A DNA stretch of 32,000 nt, taken from the NCBI RefSeq assembly GCF_900187275.1, contig NZ_LT906458.1, positions 1,740,001 to 1,772,000 on the forward strand. Direction: 5' to 3'. A model generated the notes under the pieces. That model did no database searches. It worked only from the letters and a program-made list of their open reading frames with translations, and was not told the DNA's origin. The DNA comes from Pasteurella multocida. GTDB taxonomy: Bacteria > Pseudomonadota > Gammaproteobacteria > Enterobacterales > Pasteurellaceae. Below, piece after piece: positions 1 through 7,800 of this stretch (positions are counted from its first letter, which is position 1; the number at the start of each line of letters is the position of its first letter). Both the position numbers and the translations under genes were made by a program.

Positions 1-849
1 TGCATTCGCGGTGATTGCACGACCCGGCTCAAGAATAATCTCAAGTTCATGATAGGCTTTTAATTTATCTAACAATGCACTGGCATATTCACTCGGATGC
101 GGTGGGTTTTCATTAGTATAAGGTACGCCCAAACCACCACCTAAATCTAAATGTTTAAGCTGAATACCATCTTGTTTCAACTGTTCCATTAACACAATTA
201 GACGATCTGTGGCATCTAAGAAAGGTTGTAATTCAGTCAATTGTGACCCAATATGGCAATCCATACCTGTGATTTGAATATGAGGTAATTGATTTGCTAA
301 TTGATAAACGTTACGGGCTTCCGCCACACTAATACCAAATTTATTTTCTTTTAAACCGGTTGAAATATAAGGATGCGTGCGCGCATCCACATCAGGATTA
401 ACGCGCAATGAAATAGGCGCAGTTTTCCCCATTTCACCCGCCACCTGATTAATTCGATACAACTCAGCAACCGATTCCACATTAAAACAGCGTATGCCCA
501 CCTCTAATGCACGAGCAATTTCTGTTTCTGTTTTCGCCACACCAGAAAACACTATTTTACTCGGCTCGCCACCCGCCGCTAGGACACGTTCCAATTCACC
601 TTGGGACACAATATCAAAACCTGAACCTAACCGCGCCATAATATTCAAAATCGCGATGTTAGGATTGGATTTCACCGCAAAGCAAATCAAATGCGGATGA
701 TCGCCAAGTGCGTTATTAAAGGCATGCCAATGACGTTCTAACGTGGCACGAGAATAAATATACAAAGGGGTACCATATTGCTGTGCAATGTGTTTTACCG
801 GCACTTGTTCTGCCATCAGTTGTGCTTGTTGATATTGAAAATAATCCAT
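1..849 (-). CDS. lysA: Diaminopimelate decarboxylase LysA, N-terminal 283 codons (3' end runs off the left edge of the window)
   Basis: Absent from the ORF track because there is no stop codon in the window. Reverse-strand translation from ATG at 849 gives MDYFQYQQAQLMAEQVPVKHIAQQYGTPLYIYSRATLERHWHAFNNALGDHPHLICFAVKSNPNIAILNIMARLGSGFDIVSQGELERV... and ends ...ILEPGRAITANA at base 1. The frame is open throughout, with a PLP-lysine motif (AVKSN) and the EPGR motif of group IV decarboxylases. Confidence 0.9.
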   Translation of the reverse strand, partial: MDYFQYQQAQLMAEQVPVKHIAQQYGTPLYIYSRATLERHWHAFNNALGDHPHLICFAVKSNPNIAILNIMARLGSGFDIVSQGELERVLAAGGEPSKIVFSGVAKTETEIARALEVGIRCFNVESVAELYRINQVAGEMGKTAPISLRVNPDVDARTHPYISTGLKENKFGISVAEARNVYQLANQLPHIQITGMDCHIGSQLTELQPFLDATDRLIVLMEQLKQDGIQLKHLDLGGGLGVPYTNENPPHPSEYASALLDKLKAYHELEIILEPGRAITANA

Positions 850-862
850 TTCTTACCTGCTA

Positions 863-979
863 TTATTGTGTTTTTTGTACTGTCTCATTTTCAGGGAAAT
901 ACAAAGGACCTTTCACACCACAAGCCACACTTAAGGCACAAACCATCCCTAATAAGAAAATTGAAACCCATTTTTTCAT
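863..979 (-). CDS. lptM: Small outer-membrane lipoprotein LptM (YifL family), 38 aa
   Basis: Below the ORF-track size cutoff. Reverse-strand translation gives MKKWVSIFLLGMVCALSVACGVKGPLYFPENETVQKTQ*. It has a signal peptide ending in Cys, followed by the C-G-x-K-G-P-L-Y-F-P signature of E. coli YifL/LptM. It sits just upstream of lysA and divergent from cyaY, as yifL sits next to cyaY in E. coli. Confidence 0.75.
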   Translation of the reverse strand: MKKWVSIFLLGMVCALSVACGVKGPLYFPENETVQKTQ

Positions 980-1100
980 ACCATCATCCTTACTCATTCA
1001 ATTCGATAACACTTTTTACCATTAAATCCGCCTTTGTGCTATCACAATAATGCGAAAATCTTTATAATCCTTATTTTAGGATGACGATAAAGAGGCCTTT

Positions 1101-1409
1101 ATGAACGTAACAGAATTTCATCAAAATATTGAACAGGTATGGGCAAAAATCGAAGAACAATTAGAAGCACAAGACTGTGATGTGGATTGTGATACACAAG
1201 GTTCGGTATTCAGCATTACCTTTCAAGATCGTAGCCAAGTGGTGATCAACAAACAAGAACCTTTATTAGAATTATGGTTAGCAAGCCGTGTGGGTGGTTT
1301 CCATTTTCGTTATCAAAATAACAATTGGACAAGCAATGATGGAAAAGACTTTTGGGCGTGTTTAGAAGAAGCTTGTGCCGCTCATGGTGAAATCGTTCAC
1401 TTTAGTTAA
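1101..1409 (+). CDS. cyaY: Iron-sulfur cluster assembly protein CyaY (bacterial frataxin)
   Basis: 102-aa ORF with an acidic N-terminal helix (EFHQNIEQVWAKIEEQLE) and ...VINKQEPLLELWLASRVGGFHF..., typical of CyaY. AGAGG ribosome-binding site upstream. Confidence 0.9.
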   Translation: MNVTEFHQNIEQVWAKIEEQLEAQDCDVDCDTQGSVFSITFQDRSQVVINKQEPLLELWLASRVGGFHFRYQNNNWTSNDGKDFWACLEEACAAHGEIVHFS

Positions 1410-1422
1410 GGAAGTAATCAGA

Positions 1423-2295
1423 ATGTACAAAGCAAAAGGAATTAACCTGTACAAAAAATGCCTTATCTTAGCAGTGTTAGGCGTCTTTGTTAGCCATGGT
1501 ACACAGGCAAATGAAAGTGACGCGCGTCCCTATAAAAGTAAAGCAGAAGTCTTATTAACTAAATCTGATGCCTTCATCGGCTTACTTGGCTACGAAGAAA
1601 ACTATCTGTTGGGGACCTATTCAAACAGGCATTTTCTTAAACGCGAAAAAACGCAAAAAGATGAGATTAAGTTCAAAATTAGCTTAGCACTTCCCCTTTG
1701 GCGGGGTATTTTGGGCAATAACTCCGTATTAGCCGCCTCTTATACACAAAAGTCCTGGTTTCAGCTAAGTAATGTTGATGATTCTTCTCCTTTCCGCGAA
1801 ACCAATTACGAACCTCAGCTATTTTTGGCTTGGAAAACGCAATATTCCTTACCTTTTGGCTGGACATTACAGGATGTGGAAACCGGGATAAATCATCAAT
1901 CCAATGGGCGCGATGATGCGGAAAAACTCTCTCGCAGTTGGAATCGCCTCTATGTGCGTGCCTCTGCCATAAAACAGAATTGGACAGTTGAAATCAAACC
2001 TTGGTGGCGTATTCCTGAGAAAGCCAAAAATGATGATAACCCAGACATCACTAAATACCGCGGTCATTTTGATATAGCGTTGGGGTACTACTATCGCGAT
2101 CATCAATTTAAACTTTCAGGTCACTATAATCCGATCTCAAACAAAGGGGGATTAGAGGCAAGTTATAGTTACCCAATCACAAAAAACATTCGTTTCTACA
2201 CTCAATACTATAATGGCTATGGTGAATCCTTAATTGATTATCAACAACGTATCCAACGTATTGGTATCGGCATTTCCTTGAACAATGTTTTCTAG
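1423..2295 (+). CDS. pldA: Outer-membrane phospholipase A (OMPLA, PldA)
   Basis: The ORF-track frame 1375-2295 overlaps cyaY. The ATG at 1423 follows an AAGGAAG site and gives the signal peptide MYKAKGINLYKKCLILAVLGVFVSHGTQA. The sequence has the YEENYLL motif, the catalytic INHQSNGR (His-Ser) block and a C-terminal beta-barrel ending ...SLNNVF. Confidence 0.9.
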   Translation: MYKAKGINLYKKCLILAVLGVFVSHGTQANESDARPYKSKAEVLLTKSDAFIGLLGYEENYLLGTYSNRHFLKREKTQKDEIKFKISLALPLWRGILGNNSVLAASYTQKSWFQLSNVDDSSPFRETNYEPQLFLAWKTQYSLPFGWTLQDVETGINHQSNGRDDAEKLSRSWNRLYVRASAIKQNWTVEIKPWWRIPEKAKNDDNPDITKYRGHFDIALGYYYRDHQFKLSGHYNPISNKGGLEASYSYPITKNIRFYTQYYNGYGESLIDYQQRIQRIGIGISLNNVF

Positions 2296-4183
2296 TTCTC
2301 TCCTCTCAAAAGACAATAAAAGTGCGGTGGATTTTCACGAAATTCCGTTAAAACAGACCGCACTTGACATGTTGCATGCTGTTTTCGGTTACCAAAGTTT
2401 CCGTAAAGGGCAAGAGGAAGTCATTGATGCGACGTTAATGGGCAAAGATAGCCTAGTGATTATGGCGACGGGGAATGGCAAATCCTTATGCTACCAAATT
2501 CCAGCCCTCTGTTTTGAGGGGCTTACCTTGGTCATATCACCACTGATCTCGTTAATGAAAGATCAAGTGGACCAGCTGCTTGCGAATGGAATTGAAGCCG
2601 ATTATCTCAACTCTAGCCAAACCTTTACTGAGCAACAACAAGTACAAAATAAACTGATGTCTGGCACCTTAAAATTACTTTATGTGTCGCCAGAAAAAGT
2701 GATGACCACCAGCTTTTTCCATTTGATCTCACACTGCAAAGTGAGTTTTGTGGCCATTGATGAGGCTCATTGTATTTCACAATGGGGGCATGATTTCCGT
2801 CCAGAATATACCCAACTTGGTGGCTTAAAAAGCTGTTTTCCACACGCCCCCATAATGGCGCTCACGGCGACTGCCGATCATGCCACACGGCAAGATATTT
2901 TACGCCACTTAAACTTACAATCCCCGCATGTGTATATTGGCAGTTTTGATCGCCCGAATATCCGCTATACTTTAGTGGAAAAATTTAAACCCATGGAGCA
3001 ACTTTGTCGTTTTGTTTTGGGGCAAAAAGGCAAAAGTGGCATTATCTACTGTAATAGCCGTAGCAAAGTAGAACGTATTGCAGAAAGTTTGCGTAATAAA
3101 GGGGTGTCCGCACAAGCCTACCATGCAGGGCTAGAAACTGCACAACGTGAGCAAGTTCAACGCGCCTTTCAACGCGATAATGTCCAAGTTGTAGTTGCGA
3201 CTATCGCATTTGGTATGGGGATTAATAAATCCAATGTGCGCTTTGTTGTGCATTTTGATTTGCCACGCAGTATTGAGTCTTACTATCAAGAAACAGGACG
3301 AGCGGGACGTGATGATTTGCCTGCGGAAGCGGTTTTATTTTATGAACCTGCAGATTACGCTTGGCTACATAAAATCCTATTAGAGAAACCCGAATCACCG
3401 CAGCGCCAAATCGAAGCATTGAAATTACAAGCGATTGGCGAATTTGCCGAAAGTCAAACCTGCCGACGTTTAGTCTTACTCAATTATTTTGGTGAACACC
3501 AACAAAAACCTTGTCAGAACTGTGATATTTGCCTTGATCCACCTAAACAATATGATGGCTTAATTGATGCACAAAAAGTCATGTCAACCATTTACCGCAT
3601 TGGTCAGCGTTTTGGTGTGCACTATGTGATTGCCGTCCTACGGGGTTTAAGTAATCAAAAAATCAAAGACAATCAACACGAGCAATTAAGCGTTTATGGC
3701 ATTGGTAAAGACAAAAGCAAAGAACATTGGCAATCTGTTATCCGTCAACTCATTCATTTAGGTTTTATCAAACAAGTGTTTGATCATTTTAATGCCACGT
3801 TGCAATTAACCGAAAATGCCAAACCGATTTTACGCGGTGAGCAACCTTTATCCCTTGCGATGCCACGTATTTCATCACTTACCTCCGTGGTAGCGCCTCA
3901 ACGCTACGCCATGGCACAATATGACAAAGACTTATTTGCTCGACTCCGCTTCTTACGTAAACAAATCGCAGACAAGGAAAATATCCCTGCTTATATTGTA
4001 TTTAATGATGCGACCTTACAAGAAATGGCACAATATCAACCCACCACCAAAGCGGAAATGTTAGCAATCAATGGGGTAGGGGCGACTAAGTTTGAACGCT
4101 TTGCGCAACCCTTTATGCAGATTATTCAACAACATAAAAAAGTCCTCACACAACATGAGCCGCCACTCTCTTTAGAGTCATGA
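2285..4183 (+). CDS. recQ: ATP-dependent DNA helicase RecQ
   Basis: Motif 0/I (FGYQSFRKGQEEVI...MATGNGKSLCYQIPAL), DEAH box (AIDEAHCISQWGHDFRPEY), the zinc-binding Cys cluster (CRRL...CQNCDIC) and a C-terminal HRDC-like region are present. The start is uncertain: ATG 2285 overlaps pldA by 11 nt, and GTG 2327 or ATG 2369 are alternatives. Confidence 0.92.
   Translation: MFSSSLLSKDNKSAVDFHEIPLKQTALDMLHAVFGYQSFRKGQEEVIDATLMGKDSLVIMATGNGKSLCYQIPALCFEGLTLVISPLISLMKDQVDQLLANGIEADYLNSSQTFTEQQQVQNKLMSGTLKLLYVSPEKVMTTSFFHLISHCKVSFVAIDEAHCISQWGHDFRPEYTQLGGLKSCFPHAPIMALTATADHATRQDILRHLNLQSPHVYIGSFDRPNIRYTLVEKFKPMEQLCRFVLGQKGKSGIIYCNSRSKVERIAESLRNKGVSAQAYHAGLETAQREQVQRAFQRDNVQVVVATIAFGMGINKSNVRFVVHFDLPRSIESYYQETGRAGRDDLPAEAVLFYEPADYAWLHKILLEKPESPQRQIEALKLQAIGEFAESQTCRRLVLLNYFGEHQQKPCQNCDICLDPPKQYDGLIDAQKVMSTIYRIGQRFGVHYVIAVLRGLSNQKIKDNQHEQLSVYGIGKDKSKEHWQSVIRQLIHLGFIKQVFDHFNATLQLTENAKPILRGEQPLSLAMPRISSLTSVVAPQRYAMAQYDKDLFARLRFLRKQIADKENIPAYIVFNDATLQEMAQYQPTTKAEMLAINGVGATKFERFAQPFMQIIQQHKKVLTQHEPPLSLES
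2320..2328 (+). repeat. Uptake signal sequence core (Hin-type USS)
   Basis: Perfect 9-mer AAGTGCGGT. Confidence 0.9.
2357..2365 (-). repeat. Uptake signal sequence core (Hin-type USS)
   Basis: Perfect ACCGCACTT, the reverse complement of AAGTGCGGT. It is inverted relative to the copy at 2320. Confidence 0.9.
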
Positions 4184-4223
4184 TATGTTTGCATTGAGGT
4201 AAGCATTTCCCAAGTTAAATATG

Positions 4224-4262
4224 AAAAAGCACAGTAGCTGGACTGGCATACTGTGCTTTTTT
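4224..4262. terminator. Bidirectional Rho-independent terminator between convergent recQ and the TonB-dependent receptor gene
   Basis: AAAAGCACAGTA (4225-4236) pairs perfectly with TACTGTGCTTTT (4249-4260). A/T runs on both sides give a U-tract in either orientation. Confidence 0.8.
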
Positions 4263-4281
4263 AGCAAACCAACCTGCTGAT

Positions 4282-6699
4282 TTAGAAATGGATGTTTAAT
4301 CCTAAAGTCACATTACGCCCCATCTGCGGTACAAAGGGTAAAAAAGAAGTATGAGAATAAACTTTACGGTTTAACACATTATTTGCTTGAACAAATAATT
4401 GATAATTTACCCCAGCTATTTGGCGTGAATAATCCACTCCGATATTTAATAAACTATATGCAGCCGTTTGATTTTCTAACGGCGCTACTTTCTTTTGTTG
4501 ATAAACGTAAGTGTATTCGAGTGAACTTGTTAAACTCTCAGTCATCTCCATATTCACACGAAAGCCTAAACGCATTGGCGGGACACGTGGTGCGTCTTGA
4601 TCAGGTTGAGGAACGGGTTCTAAGCTATTCACCACATGATCGACACGGTACGTTGGCGGTAAATCATACAGTTTTCCACGCACATAATCACCAAAAAGTC
4701 CCATGTGCAGTTCAGGTGTCAACGCATAGTCAATACGCCCTTCCACACCATAATATTTCGCTTTGGATTGATTATAACGATTCAAAGATAAATTACCGGA
4801 TTTGTTCAATGTTTGATTAAAAATCCGATTTTTAAAATCATTGTAATATACATTCACTTTATAACTTAGCTTGTCACCAAGATACGCAAGACCGACTTCC
4901 CAGTTATCAGAAACTTCTTTTTTCAGATTACGATTGCCATGTTCAAATGACACCGTCGCTAAATGTTTGCCGTGGTAATACAATTCCATCGGTGTTGGGT
5001 GACGTTCGTTATGTGAGTAAGTCAAAGAAAGGGTGTAGTCAGGCGTCATATTCCAACTGATAGCACCAGAATAAGAGGTCGCGCGATCATGATAAGAGGC
5101 AAAATCAGGTGCTGGATAACTGCCTTGACGACATCCTGATGGGCTATAAAAGAACGAATTCGGATCACAGCCTTCTAGCTTTCGCTTTACTTTAAACAGC
5201 CAAGCGCGATCATATTCAATATCAATGCGTTGTTTTTCCGTACGTACACCAATTTCAAATAAAAAATCTTGCCAACGCAATTGTTCTATAGCAAAAAAAC
5301 TCATTTGTGATTGAGTATTTTCAATCAATGCCCATGACTTACGATCACCCTTAGTGATTTTGGACGGATCGCGTTGCTTTTTCTTATGACAAGGATCGCT
5401 TGCATTATTTGAGCATGGTGCAATACGCGGAATATTCGCACTGCTGGTTTGTGTTTGATACTGCGCCCCTATAACGCCACTCAACCCCGCTATGGGCGTA
5501 TGGAAAATTTCTACGCGCAGGTTATATCCGTTATTTTTAAATAAATTCACGGCGATATTGCCATCTTTTTCATCGTGTTTATAACGGGTTTCCGAATAAC
5601 TGAGTTTGATTTTCTCAATCGCTTTCATCGGCTGTTTGACTTCAGCACGTATGTCATAACGTTTAGCATAAGAATCAATCAATGGACCGGCAATAGAATG
5701 GTCATGATCGTGACCGTACGGATGATCATGACTGTGTTTTCCATCCATGTCATGATTTGATCCACAATGGAAATGCGTATTTACTAGATCCGTATCATGC
5801 ATTAAATGAGGATAAAGCCCTAAATAATAGTCATTACGTACATTGCCACCCCAAATATGCGCAGCACAACTATCTAGCTTATGGTTATGTCCCGGTAACC
5901 CATATTTCTCACGACGAAGATTGTAGGCAAAACCGACATAACCTCGCTCACCGATAAAAGCCACACCATAGTTACCTGACTTCGTTTTATTTTGAGTATC
6001 GGGGACATAATTTAATGTTTTGTCTAGCTTAAATGCTGGCACATGGTAATTATTTGAGCCACGTAACAGTTCTTCTACCCGTAAAGCAATGTGCTTACCT
6101 AACCCGAAAGTCAGTGCAGCCGTTACCAATTTTTCATGACTATTCGTGTTATAACGCGTGTTGAAATCCACTTCATAGCCCTTTTGAGGAAGCTGTGTTG
6201 GAATGCGTTTATCTACTACATTAATCACACCAGCAGGTGACGCATTGGCATATAACAATGTTGAGGCACCACGTACAATTTCGACTTGCTCTGCCAATAA
6301 CGTATCGACACCAATCGCATGGTCAGGAGAAAGTTGAGACATATCAATGACATCAGAACCATTTTGTAAGATTTTTAAACGCACGCCTTCCTGTCCTCGA
6401 ACGACAGGTGCACTGGATCCACCACCAAATTGATTACTATGTACACTGAGTTCACCCGCTAACGCATTACCTAATGTACTGGATCCTGTTTTTAATTTTT
6501 GCTTACTGACTAAAATGTCATTTTGTTTTGGTAAGCCGGAAAGGGGATCGCTACGAAAAGCAGCACCTTTCGACTCCACACTAATTTCATCTAAAAAAAC
6601 AATTTGCTTCTTTTCTGTATTTGCCCAAACTACTTGCGGAATGCAACACATCATCAAAACAGCAAAAAATTTATTTACTTTACAACCTCTTGAAATCAT
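4282..6699 (-). CDS. TonB-dependent outer-membrane receptor with a His/Asp-rich surface loop (ZnuD-like, candidate zinc or other metal receptor)
   Basis: 805 aa with signal peptide ...CCIPQVVWA-NTEKK, a TonB-box-like QIVFLDEISV and a plug domain (SAPVVRGQEG...IEIVRGASTLLY). The C-terminal barrel ends ...TLGLNIHF. The His/Asp cluster is HLMHDTDLVNTHFHCGSNHDMDGKHSHDHPYGHDHDHS. AAGGAG ribosome-binding site before ATG 6699. Confidence 0.88.
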   Translation of the reverse strand: MISRGCKVNKFFAVLMMCCIPQVVWANTEKKQIVFLDEISVESKGAAFRSDPLSGLPKQNDILVSKQKLKTGSSTLGNALAGELSVHSNQFGGGSSAPVVRGQEGVRLKILQNGSDVIDMSQLSPDHAIGVDTLLAEQVEIVRGASTLLYANASPAGVINVVDKRIPTQLPQKGYEVDFNTRYNTNSHEKLVTAALTFGLGKHIALRVEELLRGSNNYHVPAFKLDKTLNYVPDTQNKTKSGNYGVAFIGERGYVGFAYNLRREKYGLPGHNHKLDSCAAHIWGGNVRNDYYLGLYPHLMHDTDLVNTHFHCGSNHDMDGKHSHDHPYGHDHDHSIAGPLIDSYAKRYDIRAEVKQPMKAIEKIKLSYSETRYKHDEKDGNIAVNLFKNNGYNLRVEIFHTPIAGLSGVIGAQYQTQTSSANIPRIAPCSNNASDPCHKKKQRDPSKITKGDRKSWALIENTQSQMSFFAIEQLRWQDFLFEIGVRTEKQRIDIEYDRAWLFKVKRKLEGCDPNSFFYSPSGCRQGSYPAPDFASYHDRATSYSGAISWNMTPDYTLSLTYSHNERHPTPMELYYHGKHLATVSFEHGNRNLKKEVSDNWEVGLAYLGDKLSYKVNVYYNDFKNRIFNQTLNKSGNLSLNRYNQSKAKYYGVEGRIDYALTPELHMGLFGDYVRGKLYDLPPTYRVDHVVNSLEPVPQPDQDAPRVPPMRLGFRVNMEMTESLTSSLEYTYVYQQKKVAPLENQTAAYSLLNIGVDYSRQIAGVNYQLFVQANNVLNRKVYSHTSFLPFVPQMGRNVTLGLNIHF

Positions 6700-6759
6700 T
6701 TAAATAGAACTCCTTTCTCGATTTCAGGATAAAACAAAGGAAATCACTTTACTTAAAGC

Positions 6760-6796
6760 GATGAATCTTATTTTTCAATAAAAAATAAGATTCATC
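6760..6796. promoter_or_regulatory. Perfect AT-rich palindrome (16-bp arms, 5-nt spacer) in the receptor promoter region; candidate operator
   Basis: GATGAATCTTATTTTT-caata-AAAAATAAGATTCATC lies 61-98 bp upstream of the receptor start codon. It is separate from the upstream gene's terminator at 6865-6888. Confidence 0.4.
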
Positions 6797-6864
6797 ATAT
6801 TACAAGCCTAAAACAAGAAAGGAAAGGGAAGATAATCAGATTGCTTTTTTATTCGCTAAAAAGC

Positions 6865-6888
6865 ACAAAAAAGGCACAATACTGTGCC
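6865..6888 (-). terminator. Rho-independent terminator of the SDH-L gene
   Basis: The minus-strand transcript reads GGCACA-gtat-TGTGCC followed by TTTTTT, 23 nt after the stop codon at 6911. Confidence 0.7.
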
Positions 6889-6910
6889 CTATTGAATCAG
6901 AATGTAAAAA

Positions 6911-7723
6911 TTAACGGATTGAACGCGCAAACTCAGCGGCTTCGGCAATCAAAGTTTCACTTGGTCGTTGATGCGTGTAGAGTTCGAATTGTTCGACCGC
7001 TTGCAAGACAATCACTTCCGCACCTGAAATGGTCTGCTTATTTTGCTGTTTCGCATATTGAATTAATGGTGTTTCTGCGGGCAAAGCAACAACATCAAAT
7101 ATGCTGCTGGCTTGCTCAATCAGACTTTCAGGGAAAGCGAGCGTATTTTCCTCTCCACCAGACATCCCAATCGGGGTTGCATTCACTAAAATCGATGCTT
7201 CATTGCCTTCTAAATGATTGATATATTGATATCCATATAAATTCGCTAAATACTGTCCTGTGGTTGCATTACGTGCATACACACTCAAATTGTGAAAGCC
7301 CGCATTTTTAAATGCTGCAACAACGGCTTTCGCCATACCACCACTCCCCTGCACAATCACCCTGTGATGTTTATCAAGTTGATACTGTTGAATCAATTTG
7401 CTGATCGCAATGTAATCGGTGTTATAGGCTTTTAAATAGCCATCTTCATTCACTATCGTATTCACCGACTCAATGGCTTTGGCTGATGCCGATATTTCAT
7501 CGAGAAACGGCATACAACTTTCTTTAAAGGGCATGGATACCGCACAACCCCGAATCCCGAGCGCACGCACACCTTTTACGGCATGTTCAATATCGGAGGT
7601 GGTAAATGCCTTATAAATATAGTTTAGCCCTAGCTTTTGATATAAGTAATTATGGAACGCCGTGCCAAAATTACCCGGTTTACCCGCCAGTGAAATACAA
7701 AGCTGCGTTTCTTTATTAATCAT
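6911..7723 (-). CDS. Shikimate 5-dehydrogenase-like protein (AroE paralogue, SDH-L type as in H. influenzae HI0607)
   Basis: 270 aa. N-terminal substrate domain (LCISLAGKPGNFGTAFHNYLY...CAVSMPFKE...NTIV...AYNTDY) and a Rossmann motif (VIVQGSGGMAKAVV). Size and sequence pattern fit the SDH-L subgroup rather than canonical AroE. Confidence 0.8.
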   Translation of the reverse strand: MINKETQLCISLAGKPGNFGTAFHNYLYQKLGLNYIYKAFTTSDIEHAVKGVRALGIRGCAVSMPFKESCMPFLDEISASAKAIESVNTIVNEDGYLKAYNTDYIAISKLIQQYQLDKHHRVIVQGSGGMAKAVVAAFKNAGFHNLSVYARNATTGQYLANLYGYQYINHLEGNEASILVNATPIGMSGGEENTLAFPESLIEQASSIFDVVALPAETPLIQYAKQQNKQTISGAEVIVLQAVEQFELYTHQRPSETLIAEAAEFARSIR

Positions 7724-7756
7724 AAAATATCCTTGTGCTCACGTGTCTTCAGTAAG

Positions 7757-7787
7757 AAAAAAGTGCGGAAAATGACCGCACTTTTTA
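7757..7787. terminator. Terminator formed by an inverted pair of uptake signal sequences, downstream of cysE
   Basis: AAAAAGTGCGG (7758-7768) pairs with CCGCACTTTTT (7776-7786) across a 7-nt loop. There is a U-tract in both orientations. Confidence 0.8.
7775..7783 (-). repeat. Uptake signal sequence core (Hin-type USS)
   Basis: Perfect ACCGCACTT. It pairs with an 8/9 copy at 7761-7769 to form a terminator. Confidence 0.9.
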
Positions 7788-7800
7788 ACTCACTGCTAAA

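Noticed and set aside
778-1050. Plus-strand ORFs of 90 aa and 80 aa (778-1050 and 783-1025) from the ORF track
   Set aside because: They lie antisense to the lysA start and to lptM, have low-complexity composition and lack a ribosome-binding site. The minus-strand genes explain the region.
4383-4820. 145-aa plus-strand ORF inside the TonB-dependent receptor gene, plus smaller ones at 5575-5957
   Set aside because: This is a shadow ORF antisense to a well-supported 805-aa gene. It has no recognisable motifs or ribosome-binding site.
6700-6840. Expected Zur box upstream of the His-rich receptor
   Set aside because: I could find no sequence resembling GAAATGTTATAWTATAACATTTC. Only the unrelated AT-rich palindrome, reported separately, is present.
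6841-7221. 126-aa plus-strand ORF overlapping the SDH-L gene
   Set aside because: It is antisense to a well-supported gene, and its 5' part covers that gene's terminator. It has no ribosome-binding site.
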